The notes under the pieces are model-generated. The model made no database searches. It worked only from the letters and a program-made list of their open reading frames with translations, and was not told the DNA's origin. From the NCBI GenBank assembly GCA_015520425.1, contig WAQC01000064.1, positions 1 through 22,417 on the forward strand: 22,417 nt of DNA. Direction: 5' to 3'. Source of the DNA: Candidatus Pelearchaeum sp. (GTDB taxonomy: Archaea > Thermoproteota > Nitrososphaeria_A > Caldarchaeales > Caldarchaeaceae). This document shows positions 1-6,987 of the stretch, piece after piece. The translations under genes and the position numbers were made by a program. Within the stretch, counting starts at the first letter, position 1; each line of letters starts with the position of its first letter.

Positions 1-246
1 CCAGTCATCATAGGGATAACGCTACTTGAGGGACGTTGTATAAAGGAGCTCTCCAGCCTTACGTCAAGCCAGCGGGATGTGGATATTATGAGCCATTTCA
101 TCCCCCGCCTCATACAGAGGGGCTATAATGTGCAGGCTTATGAGAGCCAGGCATTCTGGTATGATGTTGGCTCTACCGAGAAGTATGAGAAGCTAACCAC
201 CGATACTATAAGCAGGTATTTGAATCATCTTGAGGAGCTCGTTTAG
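1..246 (+). CDS. Sugar-phosphate nucleotidyltransferase (NDP-sugar pyrophosphorylase family), C-terminal 81 codons only; 5' end outside the window
   Basis: Frame +1 is open from base 1 to TAG 244-246. It is absent from the ORF track because it has no start in the window. Translation: PVIIGITLLEGRCIKELSSLTSSQRDVDIMSHFIPRLIQRGYNVQAYESQAFWYDVGSTEKYEKLTTDTISRYLNHLEELV. The FWYDVGSTEKY segment fits the xWxDxG(t)xxxY motif near the C-terminus of glucose-1-P thymidylyl/uridylyl-transferase-like enzymes. Confidence 0.55.
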   Translation, partial: PVIIGITLLEGRCIKELSSLTSSQRDVDIMSHFIPRLIQRGYNVQAYESQAFWYDVGSTEKYEKLTTDTISRYLNHLEELV

Positions 247-803
247 GGCGGTGTTATATCTCCGTCTTTCTCCAACCATCCTAGGAACTTTTCCAGCTTC
301 TCGTATCTGCTTCGCTGCTTCTCGGTCTGCACGGCAACAACCATGCTCCCCGCAGGTGTTTCTGCTATGTGTATATAGCATTCGCCACCTTGCGCTGACC
401 GTGCTTTATCCAGTACTGTTTGGGAGATTATGGGCACGCTCATACTCCCTCCTCCAGCCGCGTTTATGTAGAGAAGCCCCCTGCCAACACTGGCCGCTAC
501 TGACTCTTCTATTCTGATTGACTCTGCCTTAACCACGCGCGGCCTGCGCAGCTCCTCGTAAATCTGCATATCCTGAATAACATAATACACCTCGCGGCCG
601 CTTGCTACACGGATAAGCTTGCCCATGATTGGCATTCCTATCCTAAGCCAACCAGGTGGTATGCGCATCCTTACCTTATGCTCCCCGCCTTTCAAATCAA
701 CAATAACTATGTTGTATATTATTGTGTCAGACCTGGATGTAGCCCTAATATCAGCGACATAGCCGTAGACGGTGCGTTCAGCGGGGCTTATGGGCTGTTT
801 CAC
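243..803 (-). CDS. Hypothetical protein, 186 aa, possible OB-fold-like N-terminal barrel
   Basis: Long ORF with a GTG start at 803. The N-terminal half (YGYVADIRATSRSDTIIYNIVIVDLKGGEHKVRMRIPPGW...GKLIRVASGREVYYV) looks beta-rich. The C-terminal half is Gly/Ala-rich. I cannot name any catalytic or family motif. Its stop overlaps the convergent nucleotidyltransferase stop by 4 nt. Confidence 0.65.
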   Translation of the reverse strand: MKQPISPAERTVYGYVADIRATSRSDTIIYNIVIVDLKGGEHKVRMRIPPGWLRIGMPIMGKLIRVASGREVYYVIQDMQIYEELRRPRVVKAESIRIEESVAASVGRGLLYINAAGGGSMSVPIISQTVLDKARSAQGGECYIHIAETPAGSMVVAVQTEKQRSRYEKLEKFLGWLEKDGDITPP

Positions 804-968
804 AGCCTACACAACCTATCCCTGGACTCCCACTACTCCCGAATAGGCCGCTAGTTAGCCATTTTTAAGTTTCAGGAATAAGGAGCTGAAGGTTAGAGGA
901 TGGTAATAATATGGTGGGTGATGATTTTTTAATCAGCGCGACGCGCCTTGGTGTGGGAGGTTGACGGC

Positions 969-1109
969 ATGGTAAAGCTATCCAAGACCAGGCTTGTGGA
1001 TGCTCTCTCAACTGTCGCTTACTTCTTCATATTCCTCGGCGCTCTGCTCGCGCTCGTTGTCGTGGCATCACTTCTAAAAGCACTTCCCCAGCTTCTAGGA
1101 CTGGCTTAA
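969..1109 (+). CDS. Candidate small membrane protein (46 aa), below the ORF-track size cut-off
   Basis: ATG 969 is preceded by GGAGGT (956-961) with a 7-nt spacer. An A/T box ATTTTTAAG lies about 100 nt upstream. Translation MVKLSKTRLVDALSTVAYFFIFLGALLALVVVASLLKALPQLLGLA contains one clear hydrophobic helix. TAA 1107-1109 overlaps the 3' end of the convergent surface-protein gene by 4 nt. Confidence 0.4.
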   Translation: MVKLSKTRLVDALSTVAYFFIFLGALLALVVVASLLKALPQLLGLA

Positions 1110-3028
1110 AGCAGCTCACTCCTCCTCTGTCTCCTCACAGCGGCCAACGCCGTGAGCAGCGTTACGGTAGCTACCAGCGCCGTTATCATAGGGATAGGCC
1201 CGCTCAAGAGAGCCATCAACGAGCCAGCTATCGTCTCGCTTATCTCCTGTATAACTACCGTATGGACAGACCACTCTGGTATCAGGAGCACAACCTGCAC
1301 GCCCTCCGACGTTATTGCCAGAAAGTATGTCGGCTCCTTAGCCGTAGCAGCCAATACTTTATAGATATCATCCGCCAGCACCGCTGGATTACCATCAACA
1401 GTAACGAGTATCTCGTTTGTCAGCGAGGCGTTTATGAGAGCCCTATCCACGTCCATTATGATTATCCTGGCAGGTGTCCCATCGGGGGCTGATACGTTCA
1501 TTTTGATGAAGCCCCGCGTTATGTTGAGCGGTAGTATTGATACGTCAATTTCCTTCTTTAGGACAATCGCTTTCATCATACTCTTACCAACTGTTGGAGA
1601 TGGCTGTGGCTCTACGTTGAAGGACGCTACAGCCCCTACTGGCGGTGATGAGCTTATCTGCGCCTCCAACGTTGGTCCTTCATCTTCCACGCCCATACGA
1701 CGCTCTATACGCTGAAACATTGTCTGATTTCCTGCATTTATGAGCCTCTCTTCAATTACCACGCGTGTTCCGTTGGGGTACGTTATCTCCGTCTTTATCT
1801 TATGTATCACGTTATCCTCCAGAACCATGACCTCAAGCTCGCGAGATAGTTTTGTACCGTTGGCGAAGACCTGCTCCTCCTCAGCCTTCCTGACCTCAAT
1901 TACGCTGGTGTTCCTTACATCTATTCCTTCAGGGATTATTTCCTCGCTTGTCTCCACGCTCTCGCTAATCTCTTCCTCCAGCCTCTCAAGGGCGTGCTCA
2001 CTGTTTTCAATAAGTGCTTTTGCTTGTTTTACTAATGCACTGGCCCTATTGGGGTTTTGCTGTAGTATGCTCTCCGCATCGTTAAGAATCTTCTCAGCTT
2101 CTCTTAATAGGTTCTCCACGATGGTTGTGTTGGCGCCTAGTGTCTGAGCCCTAGCGATGAGCTGTCTTATCTTCTCTCTGGCTTCCTGGAGTTTTTCAAG
2201 TGCTTCATTTATCTGCTCTTGCCGACGCTCCTGCTCCTCGCGTTGCCGTTCAGCCAGCTTGGCAAGGTCTTCTGCCTGCTGTTCAACGTTATGCGCTATC
2301 CGCCTCGCCTGGCGCGCTAGGTTAATAGCTTGAGCAGCGTCTCCCTCCTCTAGTAGCTGCTGAGCCTGTGTGAGCAGTTGTTCGGCTTCGTTAAGTAGCG
2401 AAACAAGCGACGCGGTATCAGCGCCCTCGCGGGCAGCTTCGTTCAACTTCTCCAACGCATCATTAATAGCGTCCTTTGCATCATCTATCGCATCGCGCGC
2501 CTTTTCAATAAGTTCTCCTCTACGCTCCTCTTCTGTGGTTGTAGTTTCAGTCAAGATAGTTGTTGTCATCATGGTGGTTGTTGTGGTTTCTTCGTGAAGC
2601 TCTGTGGTAGTTGTTGTCAGTTCAACTTCGGTCTCAGTGGTTGTTGTTTCAGTTTCAGTAGTTTCTGTCTCTATGGTCTCGGTTATTGTATGCTCTTCCT
2701 CGGTCTCCGTATGTTCTGTGTGAGTTGTTTCTATCGTCTCAGTGGGTTCAGTCCGCGTTGTGCGCGTTTCGTCTGTCTCTGTGCGGGTTTCTATAGTTCT
2801 GGTGGTGTTGGTTATCGTTTCTGTTATCTCTTCTTCGTCATTATCAGCTTCATCGTCATCGTCAGTAGGGCGGGGTTTCTTTGTTTTTGTCGTGTGAGTG
2901 GGCTCCCTCTCGTCATCGTCATGGGATTCATCTTCGTCGGCCTGCGCCACCATAAGGCTAACTTGCATGACTTGTAGTAGGAGTATTATGAGGAGCAAGG
3001 AGGCAACGAGCTTCGTTATGCGCGCCAT
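1106..3028 (-). CDS. Secreted, C-terminally membrane-anchored surface protein: signal peptide, Asp/Glu-rich tract, Thr/Glu low-complexity tract, ~200-aa coiled coil, beta-rich sequon-rich domain, TM anchor
   Basis: The track ORF is 1106..3043. I prefer ATG 3028, because GGTGA (3041->3037) lies 8 nt upstream and the track's GTG-GTG start is itself that SD box. From ATG the protein begins MARITKLVASLLLIILLLQVMQVSLMVAQA/DEDE, a signal peptide with an AxA-type site. It ends in a hydrophobic helix plus RRQRRSELL. I count nine N-x-S/T sequons by eye (NTT x2, NTS, NGT x2, NQT, NIT, NVS, NAS). Confidence 0.8.
   Translation of the reverse strand: MARITKLVASLLLIILLLQVMQVSLMVAQADEDESHDDDEREPTHTTKTKKPRPTDDDDEADNDEEEITETITNTTRTIETRTETDETRTTRTEPTETIETTHTEHTETEEEHTITETIETETTETETTTTETEVELTTTTTELHEETTTTTMMTTTILTETTTTEEERRGELIEKARDAIDDAKDAINDALEKLNEAAREGADTASLVSLLNEAEQLLTQAQQLLEEGDAAQAINLARQARRIAHNVEQQAEDLAKLAERQREEQERRQEQINEALEKLQEAREKIRQLIARAQTLGANTTIVENLLREAEKILNDAESILQQNPNRASALVKQAKALIENSEHALERLEEEISESVETSEEIIPEGIDVRNTSVIEVRKAEEEQVFANGTKLSRELEVMVLEDNVIHKIKTEITYPNGTRVVIEERLINAGNQTMFQRIERRMGVEDEGPTLEAQISSSPPVGAVASFNVEPQPSPTVGKSMMKAIVLKKEIDVSILPLNITRGFIKMNVSAPDGTPARIIIMDVDRALINASLTNEILVTVDGNPAVLADDIYKVLAATAKEPTYFLAITSEGVQVVLLIPEWSVHTVVIQEISETIAGSLMALLSGPIPMITALVATVTLLTALAAVRRQRRSELL
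2513..2941 (-). repeat. Low-complexity coding tract: acidic D/E segment followed by ~100 codons of almost pure Thr/Glu degenerate repeats
   Basis: Protein segment ADEDESHDDDEREPTHTTKTKKPRPTDDDDEADNDEEEITETITNTTRTIETRTETDETRTTRTEPTETIETTHTEHTETEEEHTITETIETETTETETTTTETEVELTTTTTELHEETTTTTMMTTTILTETTTTEEE. On the + strand this reads as a G/T-only-looking run (gtttcagtttcagtagtttctgtctctatggtctcggtt...). Confidence 0.8.
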
Positions 3029-3089
3029 TCCATGTTTCACCACTGTCTGGAAAGGGCGGCTAATTATCTTATCAGCCTTCCTTTTCCGA

Positions 3090-3103
3090 ATTTTCTAGAA
3101 AAT
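3090..3103. promoter_or_regulatory. Perfect 14-bp palindrome ATTTTCTAGAAAAT in the divergent promoter region; candidate operator
   Basis: Read directly from the sequence. It lies between two A/T-rich TATA-like boxes: TAATTATCTTAT 3061-3072, serving the minus-strand surface-protein gene, and AAAATACTTAATATTTTT 3133-3150, serving the plus-strand wHTH gene. It is flanked by an outer inverted repeat, TAATTATC (3061-3068) / GATAATT (3111-3117). Confidence 0.4.
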
Positions 3104-3161
3104 GCTCCGAGATAATTTGTGGTGATGGAGGTAAAATACTTAATATTTTTGATGATTGTTC

Positions 3162-4010
3162 ATGATGAAGGGCTTGGGCGAAGACGAGAGAAATGGCGAT
3201 TTGAACTATTTTAACGCCTTACGCAACCCGATTAGAAGGCGGATTCTGCAGCTTCTCTATGAGAACGGCGAGATGAGCGCATCGGCGCTTAAACGTGCTT
3301 TAAGCGTCAGTATGGGCACCCTATATTATCACTTGGATATACTTAGGCCATTCCTGAGACAGACGAGTCAGAGACGTTATGCTCTTAATGAGCTTGGTGT
3401 TCAGGCTATTGTTGGCTCGGTGCCTGTTCAGCCAATCGTGGAGCCCCGCGAGCCTGGATATGTGCGTGTAGCCAAGGCTTTGGCGCTGTCCCCGCTGTTG
3501 GACAGGGCTGGGTCTAGGCCAGCGCTAGCACTGCCCGTAGCAGCCATCTTCGCGATAACCTATGTGGCGCTTCTCCAGCTTCTAGACCTCAAGCCCATCT
3601 CAATATACTACCTACCAGCCAGCAGCGGGCCTATCCCCGACAAGCTCTGGAGCCCGCTAAACCTTATCGCGATTCTGCTCTACTTCTTCGTAGTGGGCAA
3701 GCTTACGCATCGCTCCACAGTGGATTCGTGGAAGCTTCCTCTCGTGGTGGCGGTGTTGATAGCCACCTTACCTACCCAGTTCTTCTTAATCTACACTGTC
3801 TTGGCGGCTCAGGGGCTTGTGGCTGGCGGCATCTTCATCCAAGCCACCTATGTTATTACCTCGGTTTGGCAGCTGGCTGTCTTCAGCGCAGCGCTGAACG
3901 TCTCCTCAGGCGCTTCGTGGGAGAGAGCCCTAGTAGCCTCGCTCTTCCTCTCATACATAGGGCTGGTCATTTTGCAGGCGCTGGGCTATAACCCGCTCCT
4001 CCTACGCTAA
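3162..4010 (+). CDS. ArsR/SmtB-type winged-helix transcriptional regulator fused to a polytopic membrane domain (at least five predicted TM helices)
   Basis: The N-terminus YFNALRNPIRRRILQLLYENGEMSASALKRALSVSMGTLYYHLDILRPFLRQTSQRRYALNELG fits the ArsR wHTH pattern and has no metal-binding Cys motif. Five hydrophobic segments follow: ALALPVAAIFAITYVALLQLL, LNLIAILLYFFVVGKL, LPLVVAVLIATLPTQFFLIYTVLAA, LVAGGIFIQATYVITSVWQLAVFSAAL and LVASLFLSYIGLVILQALGY. The track start is TTG 3156. ATG 3162 or 3165 is more likely, possibly leaderless behind the A/T box at 3133-3150. Confidence 0.8.
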   Translation: MMKGLGEDERNGDLNYFNALRNPIRRRILQLLYENGEMSASALKRALSVSMGTLYYHLDILRPFLRQTSQRRYALNELGVQAIVGSVPVQPIVEPREPGYVRVAKALALSPLLDRAGSRPALALPVAAIFAITYVALLQLLDLKPISIYYLPASSGPIPDKLWSPLNLIAILLYFFVVGKLTHRSTVDSWKLPLVVAVLIATLPTQFFLIYTVLAAQGLVAGGIFIQATYVITSVWQLAVFSAALNVSSGASWERALVASLFLSYIGLVILQALGYNPLLLR

Positions 4011-4043
4011 GCTCATAAGCATCTTCCTTCATCTAATCGGTTC

Positions 4044-4592
4044 ATGATTCAGATAGGCATAGGCTGCTCAAGCGATAAGAATCCAATACCAATCGCTGTT
4101 GAGAAGGCGCGGAGATTCGCAGAGAAGATGGCCGAGTACAGGGATGAGGTTATCCTACTCACAGGCGGTAATGGCGGGCTCATGCGTGTTGTCTGTGAGG
4201 AGTATGTGAAGCGCGGCGGCATGACGCTAGGCGTCATACCCTATGAGGACGAGCACCGCAGCGAGGGAGACCCGCGATACAATCCGTACAATACAATCGT
4301 ATACCGCAGCGGCCAGACATTCCAGGCTAGGAGCATAGGCTTGGTGCGAAGTAGCGACGCTTTCGTCATACTGGGCGGCGGCTCTGGCACGATAATAGAA
4401 GCTCACCTGGCGTATATCTATGAGATACCTCTCATAGTGCTTGTTGGTACTGGCTATGTGAGCGACGCGCTTATGCAGATGCATCCAGACGGATACCTAG
4501 ACCACCGTAGGGTTCAACGGGCATATTTCACCGAAGACCCCGTAGATGCTGCTGAGAGGGCGTATCAGTCAGCTAAGAGGAGAAGGGAGTAG
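4044..4592 (+). CDS. LOG/SLOG-superfamily Rossmann-fold nucleotide-binding protein (TIGR00725-like)
   Basis: Motif pair TGGNGGLMRVVCE and LGGGSGTIIEAHLA matches the GGxGxM ... GGxGTxxE signature of the LOG / lysine-decarboxylase-like family. The size (182 aa) is right. It starts 34 nt after the wHTH-membrane gene with no obvious TATA box between them. Its 3' end overlaps convergent rad50 by 20 nt. Confidence 0.7.
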   Translation: MIQIGIGCSSDKNPIPIAVEKARRFAEKMAEYRDEVILLTGGNGGLMRVVCEEYVKRGGMTLGVIPYEDEHRSEGDPRYNPYNTIVYRSGQTFQARSIGLVRSSDAFVILGGGSGTIIEAHLAYIYEIPLIVLVGTGYVSDALMQMHPDGYLDHRRVQRAYFTEDPVDAAERAYQSAKRRRE

Positions 4593-6987
4593 GTAGGTTT
4601 TTCTCCAGTTTTGAGAAGCCGCCGACGCGCGTTAGCTCGTATAGCTGGTCAGCAGCCTCCTCCACTTCTCTATCGTGGGTAACCACTATGGCCTGCGGGA
4701 GTAGCGCTCCTTCGCGTCTGAAGTTTGAGAGAAGCCTTACCAGCTCTCTCCGCTTCTCAGCGTCCAAGTGTATTGTCGGCTCATCCATGATTAGACATCC
4801 AGCCTTCTCTCCCGCTAGTGCGGCTGCTACAGCTAGACGGAGTGAGAGGGCTACAGCTATCTTCTCACCACCGCTTAGGGCATCTACGGGCTGCTCACCA
4901 TCAGGTCCGTAGAGGTATATGTTATAGTCCTCGTCCAGCCTTATGTCGCTGTAAGCCAAGTTAAACGCTTGGAGGAAGCGTCTTGCGTTGGCTTCAAGGC
5001 TAGCCTTGGCCGCTGAGCGTGCTGCGCGTTGAGCGCCATCCCTACCGAATACTTGTCGTAGCGCATCAAGCCTACGGAGCATATCTTCAAGCTGCGCCAC
5101 CTTACTAGCAGCCTTCTCAGACTCCTCATATTCCCCACGTAGCCGCAAGACCTCCGTGTTGAGCGCTCTCTCACGCTCATCAAGCCGCGCCGCTTCCTCG
5201 CGTATTTTAGCTAGCCTTTCATGGAGCCTACGGACAGTTGCTGAGAGGCTCTCGTATGTTGCTTCATCAAATTTTATTGCTGCCAGCTCCTGCTCCAGGC
5301 GGCGCAGCTCTCGCTCCTTCTCACCCAGCTCTGCCGCGAGCCTACTCCTCTCTGCGGCGAGCTTCTCAGGGGAGCCAAACATATCCAACACGCCGCGGAG
5401 CTTCAGATAGTTTTCACGTTCCTCGCGTAGTTTCTCAAGCTCCTGACGCCGCGTGGATAGCTCGCCAACAAGCATCCTCTCCTTCTCTCTATAGTCGCTT
5501 AACTGTTTCAGCTCCTCCTCAATCTTCCTAGATTCGCGTTTCTTGGCTTCAAGACGTTCAAGCAATGATGAGAAACTCTCGGCGCTTATCCTGAGTAGCG
5601 CGTCCCTCTCTTGGGTGAGCGTCTCTAAGAGCGCCTCCACACGGTTCTTCTGTGTAAGGAGATTCCTCCTCTTCTCTTCAAGCTCTTCATATTCGCGGCT
5701 TAGTCTCTCTATGATTTCTTGTCTGTGCTGCTGTGTTAGGGCCTGGCCGCATAGTGGGCATTTGTCGCTGGCCAGTCTAAGTCTCTCTAGGTTCTCGCTG
5801 CGTATATTAAGCTCCGACTCAACAGCACCCAGCTCCCGCTCAATCTCCCTAATCTTTTCATTAGCCTCGTATAGCCTATTCTCAGCCCTTCTCAGGAGCC
5901 TGCTCCTCACCTCTAGGAAATTGTCAGGCTCCACAGTAGTGTCGGTAAATCTGGAAAGCTGGCCTAGTAGCTCGTTAAGCTCACGCTCAATATCGCGTAT
6001 TTCGCGTAGCGTGTTTTCAAGCGAGCTATGCAGTAATTTCTCACGGCCTAGGACAGGCCTGAGTTCATCCAACTCTTGCTGGATATGTTGGATTTTCTTC
6101 TCAATCTCCTCTACTGCGGCTAGGCTTCCTTCATACTTGGAAACCTTTGAGCGGGCTTCTTCAACCATCTTAAGCCTCTTATCAGCTTCGTTGAGACGCT
6201 CACGCAATACATTCACCTCATTTCTGATTTTGTTGGCCTCGTTTGATAGGCTATCCCGTCTCCGCTTCATGCGTTCCAAGTCCTCGGCGCGGCGCTCCGC
6301 GCTAGCTAGCTCTTCCGAGACTTCATCCAACTCTCTTGTGATGCGCTGTTTTCTGCTGCTTATCTCGGATAGCTCATTCTCGGCGTTCTCCAGTTTTAGG
6401 CGAGCCTCATTTAGATTCTTGGCTATGCTTGAGTAGTGAGATATTCTATCGTCTAGCCGTTTTATCGGTAGGCGTAAGGCGCTCCATATTTTCTCCAGCG
6501 TCTCAACACCCAGTAGTTCTGCGATTATCTTCTTACGCTCCGCTGGGCGCATCTCTATTAGCCGCGTTATCTCTCCCTGCCTGACGAAGACAGCGTTCAT
6601 AAACACTTCCCTCCCCATTCCTAGGAGCTTCTCCAGCTCTGGCAGAACAGTCTTCTCACCCGCGTCCACCAAGAGCGTCTTTCCAGCAGTGTGGTCTCTC
6701 AGGGTAGCGGTGGAGCGGCCTCTCTTCCTGATGCGCCACTCAACACTGTAATCACGCCCCCCAACAGAGAAGCGTAAATATACCAAGGCGCTATCGGCGC
6801 GTCTATTGATTATATTCTCATCCTTCCCCCTGCTATGCTCTTTGTAGAACGCGTAAGATATTGCGTCTAGTATTGATGTCTTTCCTGAGCCGTTTTCGCC
6901 TACTATTACTGTGAGCCCCTCTGTGAATTTCAGCTCGGTTTCTTTGTGTGAGATGAAGTTTCTCAGCTTCAGCTCGCGTATTATCAC
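4573..6987 (-). CDS. rad50: DNA double-strand-break repair ATPase Rad50
   Basis: Motifs seen: Walker A GENGSGKTS, Q-loop FVRQGE, long heptad-rich coiled coil with zinc hook CPLCGQ at its midpoint, ABC signature LSGGEK, Walker B CLIMDEP, H-loop VVTHD. The GTG start overlaps the mre11 TGA (GTGA). Confidence 0.97.
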   Translation of the reverse strand: MIIRELKLRNFISHKETELKFTEGLTVIVGENGSGKTSILDAISYAFYKEHSRGKDENIINRRADSALVYLRFSVGGRDYSVEWRIRKRGRSTATLRDHTAGKTLLVDAGEKTVLPELEKLLGMGREVFMNAVFVRQGEITRLIEMRPAERKKIIAELLGVETLEKIWSALRLPIKRLDDRISHYSSIAKNLNEARLKLENAENELSEISSRKQRITRELDEVSEELASAERRAEDLERMKRRRDSLSNEANKIRNEVNVLRERLNEADKRLKMVEEARSKVSKYEGSLAAVEEIEKKIQHIQQELDELRPVLGREKLLHSSLENTLREIRDIERELNELLGQLSRFTDTTVEPDNFLEVRSRLLRRAENRLYEANEKIREIERELGAVESELNIRSENLERLRLASDKCPLCGQALTQQHRQEIIERLSREYEELEEKRRNLLTQKNRVEALLETLTQERDALLRISAESFSSLLERLEAKKRESRKIEEELKQLSDYREKERMLVGELSTRRQELEKLREERENYLKLRGVLDMFGSPEKLAAERSRLAAELGEKERELRRLEQELAAIKFDEATYESLSATVRRLHERLAKIREEAARLDERERALNTEVLRLRGEYEESEKAASKVAQLEDMLRRLDALRQVFGRDGAQRAARSAAKASLEANARRFLQAFNLAYSDIRLDEDYNIYLYGPDGEQPVDALSGGEKIAVALSLRLAVAAALAGEKAGCLIMDEPTIHLDAEKRRELVRLLSNFRREGALLPQAIVVTHDREVEEAADQLYELTRVGGFSKLEKNLPTPFSS

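Noticed and set aside
2513-2941. Repetitive DNA that might be a CRISPR array or tandem satellite
   Set aside because: It lies inside an intact reading frame. The repeats are degenerate codon-level Thr/Glu repeats with no fixed period or repeat-spacer structure.
1152-3098. Series of + strand ORFs (1152-1364, 1262-1492, 1434-1715, 1740-2147, 2370-2597, 2594-2977, 2898-3098)
   Set aside because: All are antisense shadows of the 640-aa surface-protein gene. Their Ser/Cys/Phe/Val low-complexity sequence derives from the reverse complement of Thr/Glu and coiled-coil codons.
3150-3168. TGATGA (C-box-like) sequences suggesting a C/D box sRNA
   Set aside because: They coincide with the ATG-ATG start region of the wHTH gene. 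No D or D' box (CTGA) or terminal stem lies at an appropriate distance.
3728-3991. 87-aa alternative-frame ORF inside the wHTH-membrane gene, and similar internal ORFs at 4049-4484, 7600-7879, 8765-8980, 10605-10856, 11187-11444, 11582-11935, 12415-12889, 13204-13386, 13539-14667, 15082-15792, 16711-17274, 17905-18380, 19516-19797, 20067-20309 and 20328-21770
   Set aside because: Each is fully nested in or antisense to a gene with strong family motifs. They have no independent start context, and their composition is typical of off-frame translation.
5543-6436. 297-aa Ser/Leu-rich ORF on the + strand, plus other + strand ORFs at 4688-5531
   Set aside because: It is antisense to the rad50 coiled-coil region. 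The low-complexity S/L/R composition is the mirror image of GAG/AAG/CTC-rich coiled-coil codons. It has no start context or motifs, and rad50 is unambiguous.
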